Part shown: in pieces, positions 40,802 to 50,604 of the stretch
Position numbering within the stretch: position 1 is the first letter of the stretch
How the letters are laid out: the number at the start of each line of letters is the position of its first letter
From: Planctomycetota bacterium
GTDB taxonomy: Bacteria; Planctomycetota; UBA8108; SXIK01
Length of the DNA: 64,000 nt
Reading direction: 5' to 3'
NCBI GenBank assembly: GCA_965223845.1
Contig: CBDCXR010000004.1
Coordinates: 3,232,001-3,296,000, forward strand
The notes under the pieces: model-generated
What the model saw: the letters and a program-made list of their open reading frames with translations, nothing else
Told to the model about the DNA's origin: nothing
Databases searched by the model: none
Program-made: the position numbers and the translations under genes

Positions 40802-40873
40802 TGGCAGCGATTCTACTCATGGAGCGCTCGGTGACGATTGGCAGGAATGACGATGATCGATAAAATTCTGCCA
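40802..40873. promoter_or_regulatory. Putative operator of the AraC/GlxA regulator: TGGCAG boxes including an inverted pair
   Basis: TGGCAGCGAT at 40802 and TGGCAGGAAT at 40839 (+); ATTCTGCCA 40865-40873 reads TGGCAGAAT on -. Confidence 0.55.
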
Positions 40874-40882
40874 TTCCTCGAA

Positions 40883-41874
40883 ATGCTCGACGCCAGCGGA
40901 CGGAGAACCGAAGAGTCGTCGTCGTCGCGTACGATCGTTTGGCGACGTTCGAGTTCGGCGTCGCAGTCGAGGTCTTTGGGCTGCCGCGGCCCGAGCTCGA
41001 TCCCTGGTACACGTTCTCGGTGTGCTCCGTCGACGAGAACCCCCTTCGCGCCACGGGTGGCTTCACGCTCACGGTCGACAAAGGTCTCGGCGCGCTTCGA
41101 TCCGCTGGGACCATAATCGTCCCGGGGTGGCGTGACGTGGGAGAGCGCCCACCCGAAGCGCTGACGCGGGCGCTCGGCCGTGCGCACGAGCGCGGCGCGC
41201 GACTCGTGTCGCTCTGCTCGGGGGCGTTCGTCCTCGCCGCGACGGGTCTCCTCGACGGCCGGCGTGCGGCTACGCATTGGCGCTACGCGAGCGAGCTGAG
41301 CCGCCGGTATCCGGCGATCGAGGTCGACTCGAGCGTCCTCTACGTCGACGACGGTCGTCTCCTAACGGCGGCCGGCAGCGCGGCGGCGATCGACCTCTGC
41401 CTCCACCTCGTCCGCCGCGACTTCGGAGCGCGAGTCGCGGCGAAAGTCGCGCGGCGGCTCGTGGTCTCTCCTCACCGCGAGGGTGGACAGGCGCAGTTCG
41501 TCGATACGCCGATGGGCCCTGATTCAGGCGACGACATCGCCGAGCTGATGGATTGGCTGCGAAGCCGACTCAAGGATGAACATCGCATCGAGAGCTTGGC
41601 GAAACACCTCCACGTCAGTGAACGCACGCTGGCGCGGCGATTTCACCAGCGGACGGGGACGACGCCGATGCGCTGGCTCGCCCGCGAACGGGTCCGCCAC
41701 GCTCAGCTTCTCCTCGAGTCGACGAACCTCGGGGTCGAAGACATCGCGCGTGAATGCGGACTCGGTTCAGCGCAGCTCCTTCGTTTCCATTTTCATCGCG
41801 CCGTGGGAACGACACCGACGGCGTATCGAACCGCATTCTGCGGAGCTCGTTCTCCGGGGAGCGCATCCCGGTAG
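40883..41874 (+). CDS. ftrA: FtrA/GlxA-family transcriptional regulator (DJ-1/PfpI plus AraC HTH); apparent 1-nt deletion at the start codon
   Basis: VVVVAYDRLATFEFG, SLCSGAFVLA, ATHW, LYVDDG, PHREGGQAQF, SERTLARRF; divergent from rhodanese. ATG40883 is one nt out of frame; first in-frame start is TTG40939. Confidence 0.85.
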
Positions 41875-41981
41875 ACGGCTCTCGGGCGCAGACGACGGCA
41901 CGGTCTTTCCGCTCGCATCGACGGCGTCGAGGGTACAATCGACGCCGCGAACCGATGGCAGATTCAGCGAAGGAGCGATCG

Positions 41982-43547
41982 GTGAACTCTGACCCGCCGG
42001 CCGCAAGATTTGGCTACTACGCACTCGCGCTCGTTGCCGCGCTCGCTTCGAGCTCGGTCGAGTACGGATTCGCCGACGACTCGATCAAGGCGCGTTCGAC
42101 GCCTTCGACGCGAACGATCCTCTTCGTCGACGACCACGACGTCCTCTACCGTTCCGGCACCGTCCGGCGGCTCAACACGCCTCGCCGACGCGAGGAGCCG
42201 GTGCTCTCGGAGACAAAGCCCTGGGAGCTCGCCATCGGCTATTGCAGCGTGCAACGTGCTCCCGCAGGCGTCGCCGTTGCGGCGGGTACCTTTCAACTCT
42301 GGTACCAGTCCTACGCCGGTCCCCGGGCGAAGGACCGCACTCGTCGGGTCGTCGTCGCGTACGCCGAGTCGGACGATGGCCTGTCGTGGCGAAAGCCGAG
42401 TCTCGGCCTCTTCGACTTCAATGGGGAGAACAATACGAACATCGTGCTCGTCGGAAACGGGGGAAAGAGCGTCAACTACGGCGCCGCGGTCATCGTCGAC
42501 CTCCGCGATCCGTCGCCGTCCCGGCGCTACAAGATGGCGTACTGGGATTTCGCTGGGAATCTCCCCGGCCTCTTCGTCGCGTTCTCTCCCGACGGGAAGC
42601 ATTGGACGAAGCACCACTCGGGACCGCTTCTCCCCGCGGCGTACGGTGAGCCCGGGCAACCACCCGCGCGCGCCGAGCGAGACACCGAGCCAGACATCCG
42701 CCCCGCGATCAGCGACGTCATCGACCTTCACTTCGATCCACGGCGTGAACGGCACGTCATCTACGCGAAGACCTGGATCGACGGCCCGGACGGTAGGCGC
42801 TTCTGGAAGCGCGCAGTCGTGAGGACGGAGTCGGAAGATTTCATTCGCTGGACGAAGCCGGTGCTCGTCCTCGTACCGGCGGACGACGAGCTCGGGCAGA
42901 TTCACGGCGCGCCCGTCTTTCATCGCCACGGCGTCTACTTCGGACTCGCTCAAATCCTAGACTTCGGCGGCTTCGACCGCGGCGGCACGGGAAACATGCC
43001 GGGCGAGCTCATCGTCAGCCGCGACGGCGTGCGCTGGTCGCGCCCCTTCCGCGAGACCGCGTTTCTCCCCGTCTCCGGCGACGCGAAGACGTTCGACGCC
43101 GGTTGTCTGTGGACCAATGCGATGCCGCTTCAGGTCGGAGACGAGCTCCGCTTCTATTACGGCGCGTATCCCTCGTGGAACTCGGACCACGACTCGAGCG
43201 CCACTGGAATCGGACTCCGCACTCTCTCGATCGATCGTTTCGCGGCCCTCCGGCCCCGCGAGAACGCAGCTCAGATCACACTGAAGCCCATCGACCTCTC
43301 CGGCGCACGCGGCATGACGTTGAACGCGGACGCTCGGGGCGGCCGCATTCGCGTCGAGGTCCTGACTGCCGGAGGCTACCGCGTCCCGGGGTTCGCGAAA
43401 GACGAAGCCCGACCGATCTCCGTCGACGGGACGCGTGTGGCCGCGAGCTGGCAGAATCGAACCCTCAGCGACCTCCCGCCCGGACGCTACCAGATCCGCC
43501 TCCACCTCGAAGAGGCAGAGATCTACGCCCTGAGCATCCACCGCTGA
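41982..43547 (+). CDS. Exported five-bladed beta-propeller protein (GH32/GH43-clan-like) with C-terminal beta-sandwich
   Basis: AAGGAG before GTG41982; signal peptide; LFVDD; Asp-box-like ESDDGLSW, SPDGKHW, SEDFIRW, SRDGVRW; LRFYYG. Confidence 0.75.
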   Translation: MNSDPPAARFGYYALALVAALASSSVEYGFADDSIKARSTPSTRTILFVDDHDVLYRSGTVRRLNTPRRREEPVLSETKPWELAIGYCSVQRAPAGVAVAAGTFQLWYQSYAGPRAKDRTRRVVVAYAESDDGLSWRKPSLGLFDFNGENNTNIVLVGNGGKSVNYGAAVIVDLRDPSPSRRYKMAYWDFAGNLPGLFVAFSPDGKHWTKHHSGPLLPAAYGEPGQPPARAERDTEPDIRPAISDVIDLHFDPRRERHVIYAKTWIDGPDGRRFWKRAVVRTESEDFIRWTKPVLVLVPADDELGQIHGAPVFHRHGVYFGLAQILDFGGFDRGGTGNMPGELIVSRDGVRWSRPFRETAFLPVSGDAKTFDAGCLWTNAMPLQVGDELRFYYGAYPSWNSDHDSSATGIGLRTLSIDRFAALRPRENAAQITLKPIDLSGARGMTLNADARGGRIRVEVLTAGGYRVPGFAKDEARPISVDGTRVAASWQNRTLSDLPPGRYQIRLHLEEAEIYALSIHR

Positions 43548-43599
43548 CGCTCACGGGTCTTCGCATCGACAGCATCCATCACTCAAGACGAGACCTCGT

Positions 43600-44973
43600 A
43601 TGATCGTTCGAAAACTCTCTCCGCCGCCGTTCGGAGCCGTCGTCGGCGCGATTTCCTTCGTCGTCTTGTCACTCGACGCGTCTCCCACCGTTGCGGCGGA
43701 TTCGTTTGAAGCTTCGCGGGCGCGGAACTGGCATCAGTGGCGCGGTCCCGACGGAAACGGAGTATCCTCTACGGCCGACCCTCCGCTGCGGTGGAGCGAG
43801 GACGCAAACGTTCGGTGGAAAGTGCCAGTCGAAGGTCGAGGAAGCTCGACGCCGATCGTCTGGGAGAGCCGGATTTACCTTCTCACTGCGGTCGATACGG
43901 AAAAGGTCGATCCTTCGCTCCCTCGGCCCGAAGATCAGCCGAAGCGAGTCTTCGGAATCACCTATCCGAACACCGAGCACGAGTTCGTCGTCCTCTGCCT
44001 CGATCGAGCGACCGGCGACACGATCTGGCGGAGATCGGCGGCGCGCAAGATTCCGCACGAAGGCCACCACGGTGACAACGACTTCGCGTCGGCGTCGCCG
44101 ACGACGGACGGCGAGCGGCTTTATTGCTGGTTCGGCTCGGCGGGATTCTATTGCTACGATCTAGACGGCAAGGAGATTTGGGAGCGCGACCTCGGCAAGG
44201 TCTACATGGAGGCGAGCCTCGGTGAAGGTTGCTCGCCGGTTGTGTACGGAGATCGAGTCATCGTCGTACGCGATCAACAGCGGCAATCCTATATCCAGAT
44301 CCTCGACGCGAAGACAGGCGACCCGGTCTGGAGGAAGGACCGCGATGAACCAGGGGCGTGGGCGACTCCGATTGTCGTCGAGCACGACGGCACCCGACAG
44401 GTCATCACAGCCGCCTCGAATCGAGTGCGAAGCTACGACCTCAGGGACGGTCGAGTCATCTGGGAATGCGGAGGCCTCACGGGAAACGTCATTCCGTCAC
44501 CCGTCTTCGACAGCGGACTCGTGTTTTGCATGAGCGGCTATCAGGGTTCCTCGCTTCTCGCTCTTCCGATCTCCGCGATCGGCGACATCACCGGGACGGG
44601 CGCCGTCGCCTGGCGGAAGAGCCGCGGGACGCCGTACGTTCCCTCGCCGTTGCTCTACGAAGGACGGCTCTACTTCAACCAGTCGAATCGAGCGATCTGG
44701 TCATGCCTCGAAGCGAAGACGGGGCGGACGGTGCTCGAGCGCACTCGTCTTCCCGAGCTTGCGAACGTCTACGCATCGCCCGTCGCGGCGGATGGACGCA
44801 TCTACGTCACCGGACGAAACGGAACGACTCTCGTCCTCGAACACGCGCGCGAGTTCAAGGTTCTCGCAACGAACGCGCTCGATGACACGGTCGACGCATC
44901 TCTCGCGCTCGCCGGCAGGGAGGTTTTTCTTCGCGGCCGTAAATTCCTTTATTGCATCGCCGGTCGCGATTGA
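43600..44973 (+). CDS. PQQ-like (BamB-type) beta-propeller repeat protein
   Basis: NWHQWRGPDGNG, GSSTPIV, ASASPTTDG, GCSP, WATP, YVPSP, YASPV. Confidence 0.9.
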   Translation: MIVRKLSPPPFGAVVGAISFVVLSLDASPTVAADSFEASRARNWHQWRGPDGNGVSSTADPPLRWSEDANVRWKVPVEGRGSSTPIVWESRIYLLTAVDTEKVDPSLPRPEDQPKRVFGITYPNTEHEFVVLCLDRATGDTIWRRSAARKIPHEGHHGDNDFASASPTTDGERLYCWFGSAGFYCYDLDGKEIWERDLGKVYMEASLGEGCSPVVYGDRVIVVRDQQRQSYIQILDAKTGDPVWRKDRDEPGAWATPIVVEHDGTRQVITAASNRVRSYDLRDGRVIWECGGLTGNVIPSPVFDSGLVFCMSGYQGSSLLALPISAIGDITGTGAVAWRKSRGTPYVPSPLLYEGRLYFNQSNRAIWSCLEAKTGRTVLERTRLPELANVYASPVAADGRIYVTGRNGTTLVLEHAREFKVLATNALDDTVDASLALAGREVFLRGRKFLYCIAGRD

Positions 44974-44977
44974 CGCC

Positions 44978-47900
44978 TCAGCGCGTTTTCGCCCCGTCGG
45001 ACTCTCGGTCGCTCTTTGTTCTCGACATCGCAGCGGCGATCGCGTCGAGAGTCTTCGAGTAGGCGGCGATCCGTCCGTCCGGACCGACGAGGGCGTAGGT
45101 CGGAATCGACGAGATCGCGAACGCGGACGGCAGTTCGTGGCCGGACCAGCGACCGAGGAGCACGTGAATCCACGGGAGCGATCTTCGTTCGAGGAACGCT
45201 TCTGCGCGCTCGCGTTCCGCATCGAGATTCACGCCGACGACGGTGAGATCGGGGTACGACGAGCGGAGCGCTTCGACCTTGTCGATGCCGGCAACGCAGG
45301 GAGCGCACCACGTCGCCCAAAAATCGAGAAGCACGTAGCGCCCGCGGTAGTCGTTGAGGCGCACCTCTCTTCCCTCCACATCCTTCGCGGAGAAGGAAGG
45401 TGCCAGGTCTCCCACTCGCGGGATTTCGATGAGCGGGATGTCGACGCGGCCGAGGTCGATCTTCGTCGCTTCCTCGCCGACCGATACTTCGAGCACGCGG
45501 GATGCAACCGGCTCGACGAGGCAGCCGTTCGTCGCCTCACCGTAGAGGTGGATCGCGAGATCGTACTCGCCGGGCGGGACGCCGGAGATTCGAATCCGTC
45601 CATCGGGTTCGGGCTTCACGAAGAAGTGCTCGAGCGTCTCGAGAAAACTCTGTCCCTCGGTCGTGCTCAACCACGCACCCGTCCAGCCCCCGCGCCAGTC
45701 GAACCCCTTCGCCGCGAGCGACGGCGGTGCGGTGACGCCGGGGCGCTTGGCGACGAGATAGCTGAGAGAGTAGTGGTAATCGAACCCGTCGGGCGCGTTC
45801 GCGACCGCCAGTCGGCCGCGCACCTCCGCGCCACCACCGCCGAGCACGAGGTGAGTCGTCTCTCCCGCCTTCGCGACGAGCGGAATCGATCGGCTCGACG
45901 TGAGTGGCGCCGAGTTGGCGAAGTGGAGCGCAGCGTGAACGCGACCAGCGATCGGTGGGACACGATCGAAAACGAACGTCCCGTCGTCGCGAGTGCGAGC
46001 ATGGATTCGACTCGAGATGCGCACGTCGCCGGTTCGATCGACGATCTCGTCGAAGTAGACCGACCAGTCCGGAACGGATTCCCCGGACTGGATGAGACGC
46101 CCCTCGACGCGCCCCCACCGCGAGAGCTCGATTTCGCCGGGAAGCTCGCTCGCCCTTCGACTCACTTGCGCGTACCCGGAGTCGGCGATGACGACGATCG
46201 AATACGGCTCCGACTGGGGAACGATCTCGAACGCGCCCTGCGGGTCGGGGTCGACGAAGTCATTGCTCGTGACGATGGTTCCGCCCCGGTCCCGCAGTCC
46301 GTCGAGATCGAGCGTCTGGTAGGCCGAAACCACGTACACGCGTCCCCGACGAAGCGGACGTCCGTCGACGTCGATCACTCGCCCGCGAAAGCGCTCGACG
46401 CGCTCGAGAGCGAAGTCGAGCGTCGCGTCTTCGTCGCCGATCCGGAATCGACGAGTGCTCCCCGCCGTACGGTAGCCGAGGGCTTCCACTCGGATGCTCA
46501 GCTCCCGGACGGAGACGTGCGCGGCGGAAAGCTCGACGACGAACGCTCCGCGGTCGGATCGCTCGACGTTGACCTCGGCACGCAAACGCGAGCGTCGCAC
46601 GGGTCTCGGCCGCCCGCCCGGGTATCGAAGGAGCGGAACGACCTCGAAATCGTCGAGCGGCTGGCCGGTCTCCGCATCCATGACGGTGCCGGAGACGCGG
46701 AGCGATCTGGCGGGCACTCGCGACCTCGGAGCGGTCTCGATCGCCGGGTCCCGCGGCCCTGGACGTGAGGAATCAACGCCTCCCGGACCGGAGGGCGCGT
46801 CGTTCGCGTCACCGGATTCTCCCGCGAGAGGTCGGGCGTCTTCGCGCGGGTCTCCGTCATCGGACGGCGGCGCGAGGATGGCGCTCACGACGAGGAAGAC
46901 CAGCAGCGCCGCCGCGAGGAAGACCCCACCGGCGCGGGCGATCTTGAGTGCGGCGCGGCGTCTGGGCGTCGATTCCGCCCGGAGCCACGACCGCGCCGGC
47001 CGGCGGCTCGCACTGGGGCTCTGTCGATACGCGAGCTCTTCGCCGAGGAACTCGGCCACCTCCGACGCCGTCTGGAATCGGTTCGCGGGATCCTTCTCCA
47101 TGAGCTTCTGAACGAACTGAGCGAGCCACTCCGGCTGCGCGCCGTTCACTCGAGCCAGGGGCGGCGGCGTCTCGTCGGTGACGCTCCTCAGGACTCCGTA
47201 CACCGAAGCCGCCTGGAACGGCGGATGTCCCACCGCCATCGCGTAGATCGTGCTGCCGAGGCTGAAGAGATCCGTGCGCGCGTCGAGTGCCTCACCGCGA
47301 ACTTGCTCGGGCGCCATGTACTGAGGCGTACCGGCGATGACGTCGCTCCGGGTTACGTGAGCTTCGTCGGCGACGCGGGCGAGGCCAAAGTCCGTCACGC
47401 GCACGCGCTCGACGCCCTGGTCGAGGAGGATGTTCTCCGGCTTGATGTCGCGGTGAATCACACCCTGTGCGTGCGCCGCTTCGAGGGCGCGCGCGACCTG
47501 AAGAGAGACGCGCACGATCTCGGTTGTGTCGAGCGGTCCTTCATCCTCGATACGTCGTCGAAGCGAAGCTCCCGAGACGAGCTCCATGACGATGTAGGGC
47601 ACGCCGCGGTGCTCGTCGACCGAGTACACCGGTACGACGTGGTCGTGCGAGACGGCCGCGATCGCACGTCCCTCTCGTGCGAAGCGAGTCCGCGCGGAAG
47701 CGGTGCTCGACAGGTGTGGATGGAGGACCTTGATCGCAACGTAGCGATTGAGCCTTACGTCGAGGGCCTTCACGACGACGCCCGTTCCGCCGCAGCCGAG
47801 GACGCCGAGGACTTCGTAGCCGCCGAGTCGACCGAGCATCTTCGGGTCGTCGGTCGGTCCGAGCAGCGCGACGAGCTGCTGGACAGCGGCACTCGTCGAT

Positions 47901-48142
47901 GGGTGGAGATCGCTTTCCGGATCGTCGGTGGCGAACGATACGTCACTCGTGTCGTTACCGCTGAGATGCTCCCGCACCTCGGCCCAGAGAGTCTCGTCGC
48001 CAGCGAGTCGCTCCAGTCGGTGCCGGCACTCCGCGCACACTTCGATGTGCCGCGTGAGCTCGGACTCCTTCTCGCTTGGAAGTCCTCGGTTGAGGATCTC
48101 GCGGAGTGATTGCGAATCCGGACACGTCTCTTGCGTCGACAT
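44978..48142 (-). CDS. Ser/Thr protein kinase with N-terminal zf-HC2-like motif, TM, beta-sandwich repeats and C-terminal TlpA-like thioredoxin domain
   Basis: HIEVCAEC; LGCGGTGVV, VAIK, HRDIKPEN, DFG, GTPQYMAPEQ; TM VFLAAALLVFLVVSAIL; APSF...LLDFWATWCAPC. Confidence 0.93.
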   Translation of the reverse strand: MSTQETCPDSQSLREILNRGLPSEKESELTRHIEVCAECRHRLERLAGDETLWAEVREHLSGNDTSDVSFATDDPESDLHPSTSAAVQQLVALLGPTDDPKMLGRLGGYEVLGVLGCGGTGVVVKALDVRLNRYVAIKVLHPHLSSTASARTRFAREGRAIAAVSHDHVVPVYSVDEHRGVPYIVMELVSGASLRRRIEDEGPLDTTEIVRVSLQVARALEAAHAQGVIHRDIKPENILLDQGVERVRVTDFGLARVADEAHVTRSDVIAGTPQYMAPEQVRGEALDARTDLFSLGSTIYAMAVGHPPFQAASVYGVLRSVTDETPPPLARVNGAQPEWLAQFVQKLMEKDPANRFQTASEVAEFLGEELAYRQSPSASRRPARSWLRAESTPRRRAALKIARAGGVFLAAALLVFLVVSAILAPPSDDGDPREDARPLAGESGDANDAPSGPGGVDSSRPGPRDPAIETAPRSRVPARSLRVSGTVMDAETGQPLDDFEVVPLLRYPGGRPRPVRRSRLRAEVNVERSDRGAFVVELSAAHVSVRELSIRVEALGYRTAGSTRRFRIGDEDATLDFALERVERFRGRVIDVDGRPLRRGRVYVVSAYQTLDLDGLRDRGGTIVTSNDFVDPDPQGAFEIVPQSEPYSIVVIADSGYAQVSRRASELPGEIELSRWGRVEGRLIQSGESVPDWSVYFDEIVDRTGDVRISSRIHARTRDDGTFVFDRVPPIAGRVHAALHFANSAPLTSSRSIPLVAKAGETTHLVLGGGGAEVRGRLAVANAPDGFDYHYSLSYLVAKRPGVTAPPSLAAKGFDWRGGWTGAWLSTTEGQSFLETLEHFFVKPEPDGRIRISGVPPGEYDLAIHLYGEATNGCLVEPVASRVLEVSVGEEATKIDLGRVDIPLIEIPRVGDLAPSFSAKDVEGREVRLNDYRGRYVLLDFWATWCAPCVAGIDKVEALRSSYPDLTVVGVNLDAERERAEAFLERRSLPWIHVLLGRWSGHELPSAFAISSIPTYALVGPDGRIAAYSKTLDAIAAAMSRTKSDRESDGAKTR

Positions 48143-48208
48143 CGAATGGGTCTCCCTATTGAACTCGGCGTGACCACCGCCCCGGTCGAGCGGAGCCGTG
48201 GAACAGAG

Positions 48209-48810
48209 TTACTCCTCGCCTTCGTCGTAGTGCTCGAAGCGCTCCCGAATGCGCGCGAGGACGCGGCACTTGGCGGTGTAGACTCGTCCGACGGTGCACT
48301 CGAGCTCGCGCGCGACGTCTTCGGCGGACCTTCCGTCGACTGCGGTCAGCCAAAACGCACGCCAAGTCTCGCCGTGAACCTCCTTCGCGGTCACCGCGGC
48401 CAGACGGCGGAACACTCGGCGTCGATACTCGAGCACGAACGCGGTCGCATCGGCGTCCGATCGAGCGGGCGCTGCGTCGAGCACGGCCGCCACGCGCGAG
48501 TCCGCGACGCCGACGATCTCGCGGGACCGTCGAGCGATCGTGTCGACAGCGAGGTTGCGCACGACGCGAAACAGCAGCCACGAAACCGCCCCTTCGCCGG
48601 ATCGGGGTCCCAGTCGGCCACACGCTCGTGCACAGCAACCAAGACGTCCTGAACGACGTCGCGAGCGTCGGCGTCTTGGAGCCCCTTCCGGCGTGCACAC
48701 GCGTAGATCGCACCCTCGTAGATCCGGAGAAACTCTGTCCAAGCGACGCCGTCGTCGCTCGATCCGAGTCGGATGAGAAGGCTGTAGCGAGTATCTTCAG
48801 GGAGCGTCAT
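48209..48810 (-). pseudogene. ECF sigma-70 factor (kinase-associated type), frameshifted near 48575 (true lesion or assembly error)
   Basis: One frame gives MTLPEDTRYSLLIRL...DARDVVQDVL...KGRFRG; a second frame continues LFRVVRNLAVD...TWRAFWLTAVDG...VYTAKCRVLARIR. Inserting one G restores FRGWLFRV. Confidence 0.85.
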
Positions 48811-48850
48811 CGAACCCGAGCGAATCGGTGATTGGAGTGTTCCTACCAGG

Positions 48851-48878
48851 TTCTCCACGGGCCGGCCGGTTTCTTACA
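48851..48878 (-). promoter_or_regulatory. Candidate promoter of the ECF-kinase operon (TGTAA-N18-GAGAA)
   Basis: Minus strand TGTAAGAAACCGGCCGGCCCGTGGAGAA, about 40 nt upstream of ATG48810. Confidence 0.25.
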
Positions 48879-49145
48879 CGAAATCTCGCCCGGGCCACCG
48901 AATCCGCGTCCGCACGCGGGTGGCGTTCGACGGTCTACTCTCGCGGTTCAAGGCCCTAAAGCCGGGTCGCTGTTTCCGATCGGTAGGCCCTCTCCGTCGA
49001 CTTCATGAATCCGCAGCAAGGGACCCGATTCCAGAGATGCGGCCAGAAGACGCCGCGCGGGCGGTGGCGAGCGCGCAGCGGTTCCGACCGAGAGACCGGC
49101 CGCTTCTCGAGAGAGCCGCGCTCAACCGAGGTCCGCGCCGCGACG

Positions 49146-50597
49146 TCAACCGACGAGACGCGCGGCGAGGTCGTTGTCCCCTCCGATATCGGTGAGCCGG
49201 CGCTCGCGCCCCTCGAAGAGATACGTGAGCCGGCGGTGGTCTAGTCCGAGAAGGGAGAGAATCGTCGCGTGGAGATCGTGCACGTGCACGTGATCTTCGA
49301 CCGCTCGAAAGCCGATCTCGTCGGTCGCTCCGATGACCTGACCTCCGCGAATCCCGCCACCCGCGAGCCACGTGGAGAATCCGTAGGGGCTGTGATCCCT
49401 ACCTTTGTCCCCCTGCATCACCGGTGTCCGCCCAAACTCGCCCGCCCAAACGACGAGTGTGCTTTCGAGGAGGCCGCGCTGCGCCAGATCGGCGATGAGA
49501 CCGGCGATCGGCCGATCGATGCGGCGCGCGTTTCCTGCGTGGTTCTTCGCACATTGACCGTGTCCGTCCCAGTCGGTGTTGATCAGCATGGTGTAGCGCA
49601 CACCGCGTTCCATCATGCGCCGAGCGAGAAGGCACATTTTCCCGAAGCGATCGGTCGGGGACGCGCCGATTCCGTAGAGCGACTTCGTCGTCGCGCTTTC
49701 GCGCGAAAGATCCATCAGCTCCGGCGCCGCCGTCTGCATGCGATAGGCCAGCTCGTAGTTCGCGATGCGTGCTTCGAGGCGACTGTCTCCCGGGCGGTCG
49801 TCCCGGTGACGTCCGTTCCACCTCGCGAGTTGATCGAGCATCGCTCGCTGCTCACTCGCGCTGATCGACGATGGACGAGAAAGATCGCGAATTGGCGCTC
49901 CTTCGGTGCGCAGCACCGTCCCCTGGTACACCGCGGGAAGGAACCCCGAATGGTACATGACCTTTCCGCCGCGAAAGCCTCCGTCGCTCATCACCATGTA
50001 GGCCGGCAAGCTGTCGCTCTCCGAGCCTAGCCCGTAGGTCACCCACGCGCCGATGCTCGGATGCCCGAGAATGAGAGAGCCCGTCGTCATGTACGTGATC
50101 GCCGGACCGTGAATGAACGAATCGTGGTAGCACGATCGCACGACGGCGAGACGATCCGCGTGCCGCGCGAGCTCCGGAAAGAGGCTCGAGATCTCGAGGC
50201 CGGACTCGCCGTGACGCGAAAACGGGAACGGCGAGGCCATCAGCCGCCCATCGACGGCGCGCATGAACTGAAGCGAGAGATCGCCGGCGTCGAAGCTCGG
50301 AGGAAGCGGTTTCCCGTCGAGCTTCTCGAGAGCCGGTTTCGGATCGAAGGTCTCGAGCTGACTCGGGCCGCCCGTCATAAAGAAGAAGATCACCCGCTCC
50401 GCCTTCGCCGCGAAGTTGCGAGAGCGGGGCGCGAGCGGAGCAGTTTCGCGGTCCGGCTCGTGCGCTTCGACGCGCTCTCGCGCGAGCAGGTCGAGGAGCG
50501 GGATGCCGCCGAGTCCGAGCGCGGATCTCCGGAGAAAATCGCGCCGGTCGTGCGACGGGGCGAACCGTCCGCAGTGAGTCGTTTCGGTCGTTCTCAT
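49146..50597 (-). CDS. DUF1501 domain protein
   Basis: DRRDFL leader; VIFFFMTGGPSQLETFDPKP, LLARRMMERG, WDGH, GEFGRTP, GRDH. Confidence 0.95.
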   Translation of the reverse strand: MRTTETTHCGRFAPSHDRRDFLRRSALGLGGIPLLDLLARERVEAHEPDRETAPLAPRSRNFAAKAERVIFFFMTGGPSQLETFDPKPALEKLDGKPLPPSFDAGDLSLQFMRAVDGRLMASPFPFSRHGESGLEISSLFPELARHADRLAVVRSCYHDSFIHGPAITYMTTGSLILGHPSIGAWVTYGLGSESDSLPAYMVMSDGGFRGGKVMYHSGFLPAVYQGTVLRTEGAPIRDLSRPSSISASEQRAMLDQLARWNGRHRDDRPGDSRLEARIANYELAYRMQTAAPELMDLSRESATTKSLYGIGASPTDRFGKMCLLARRMMERGVRYTMLINTDWDGHGQCAKNHAGNARRIDRPIAGLIADLAQRGLLESTLVVWAGEFGRTPVMQGDKGRDHSPYGFSTWLAGGGIRGGQVIGATDEIGFRAVEDHVHVHDLHATILSLLGLDHRRLTYLFEGRERRLTDIGGDNDLAARLVG

Positions 50598-50604
50598 CGG
50601 TGGA

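Noticed and set aside
41896-41910. Sigma54-like CGGCACGGTCTTTCC upstream of the propeller gene
   Set aside because: The -12 dinucleotide is CC rather than the near-invariant GC.
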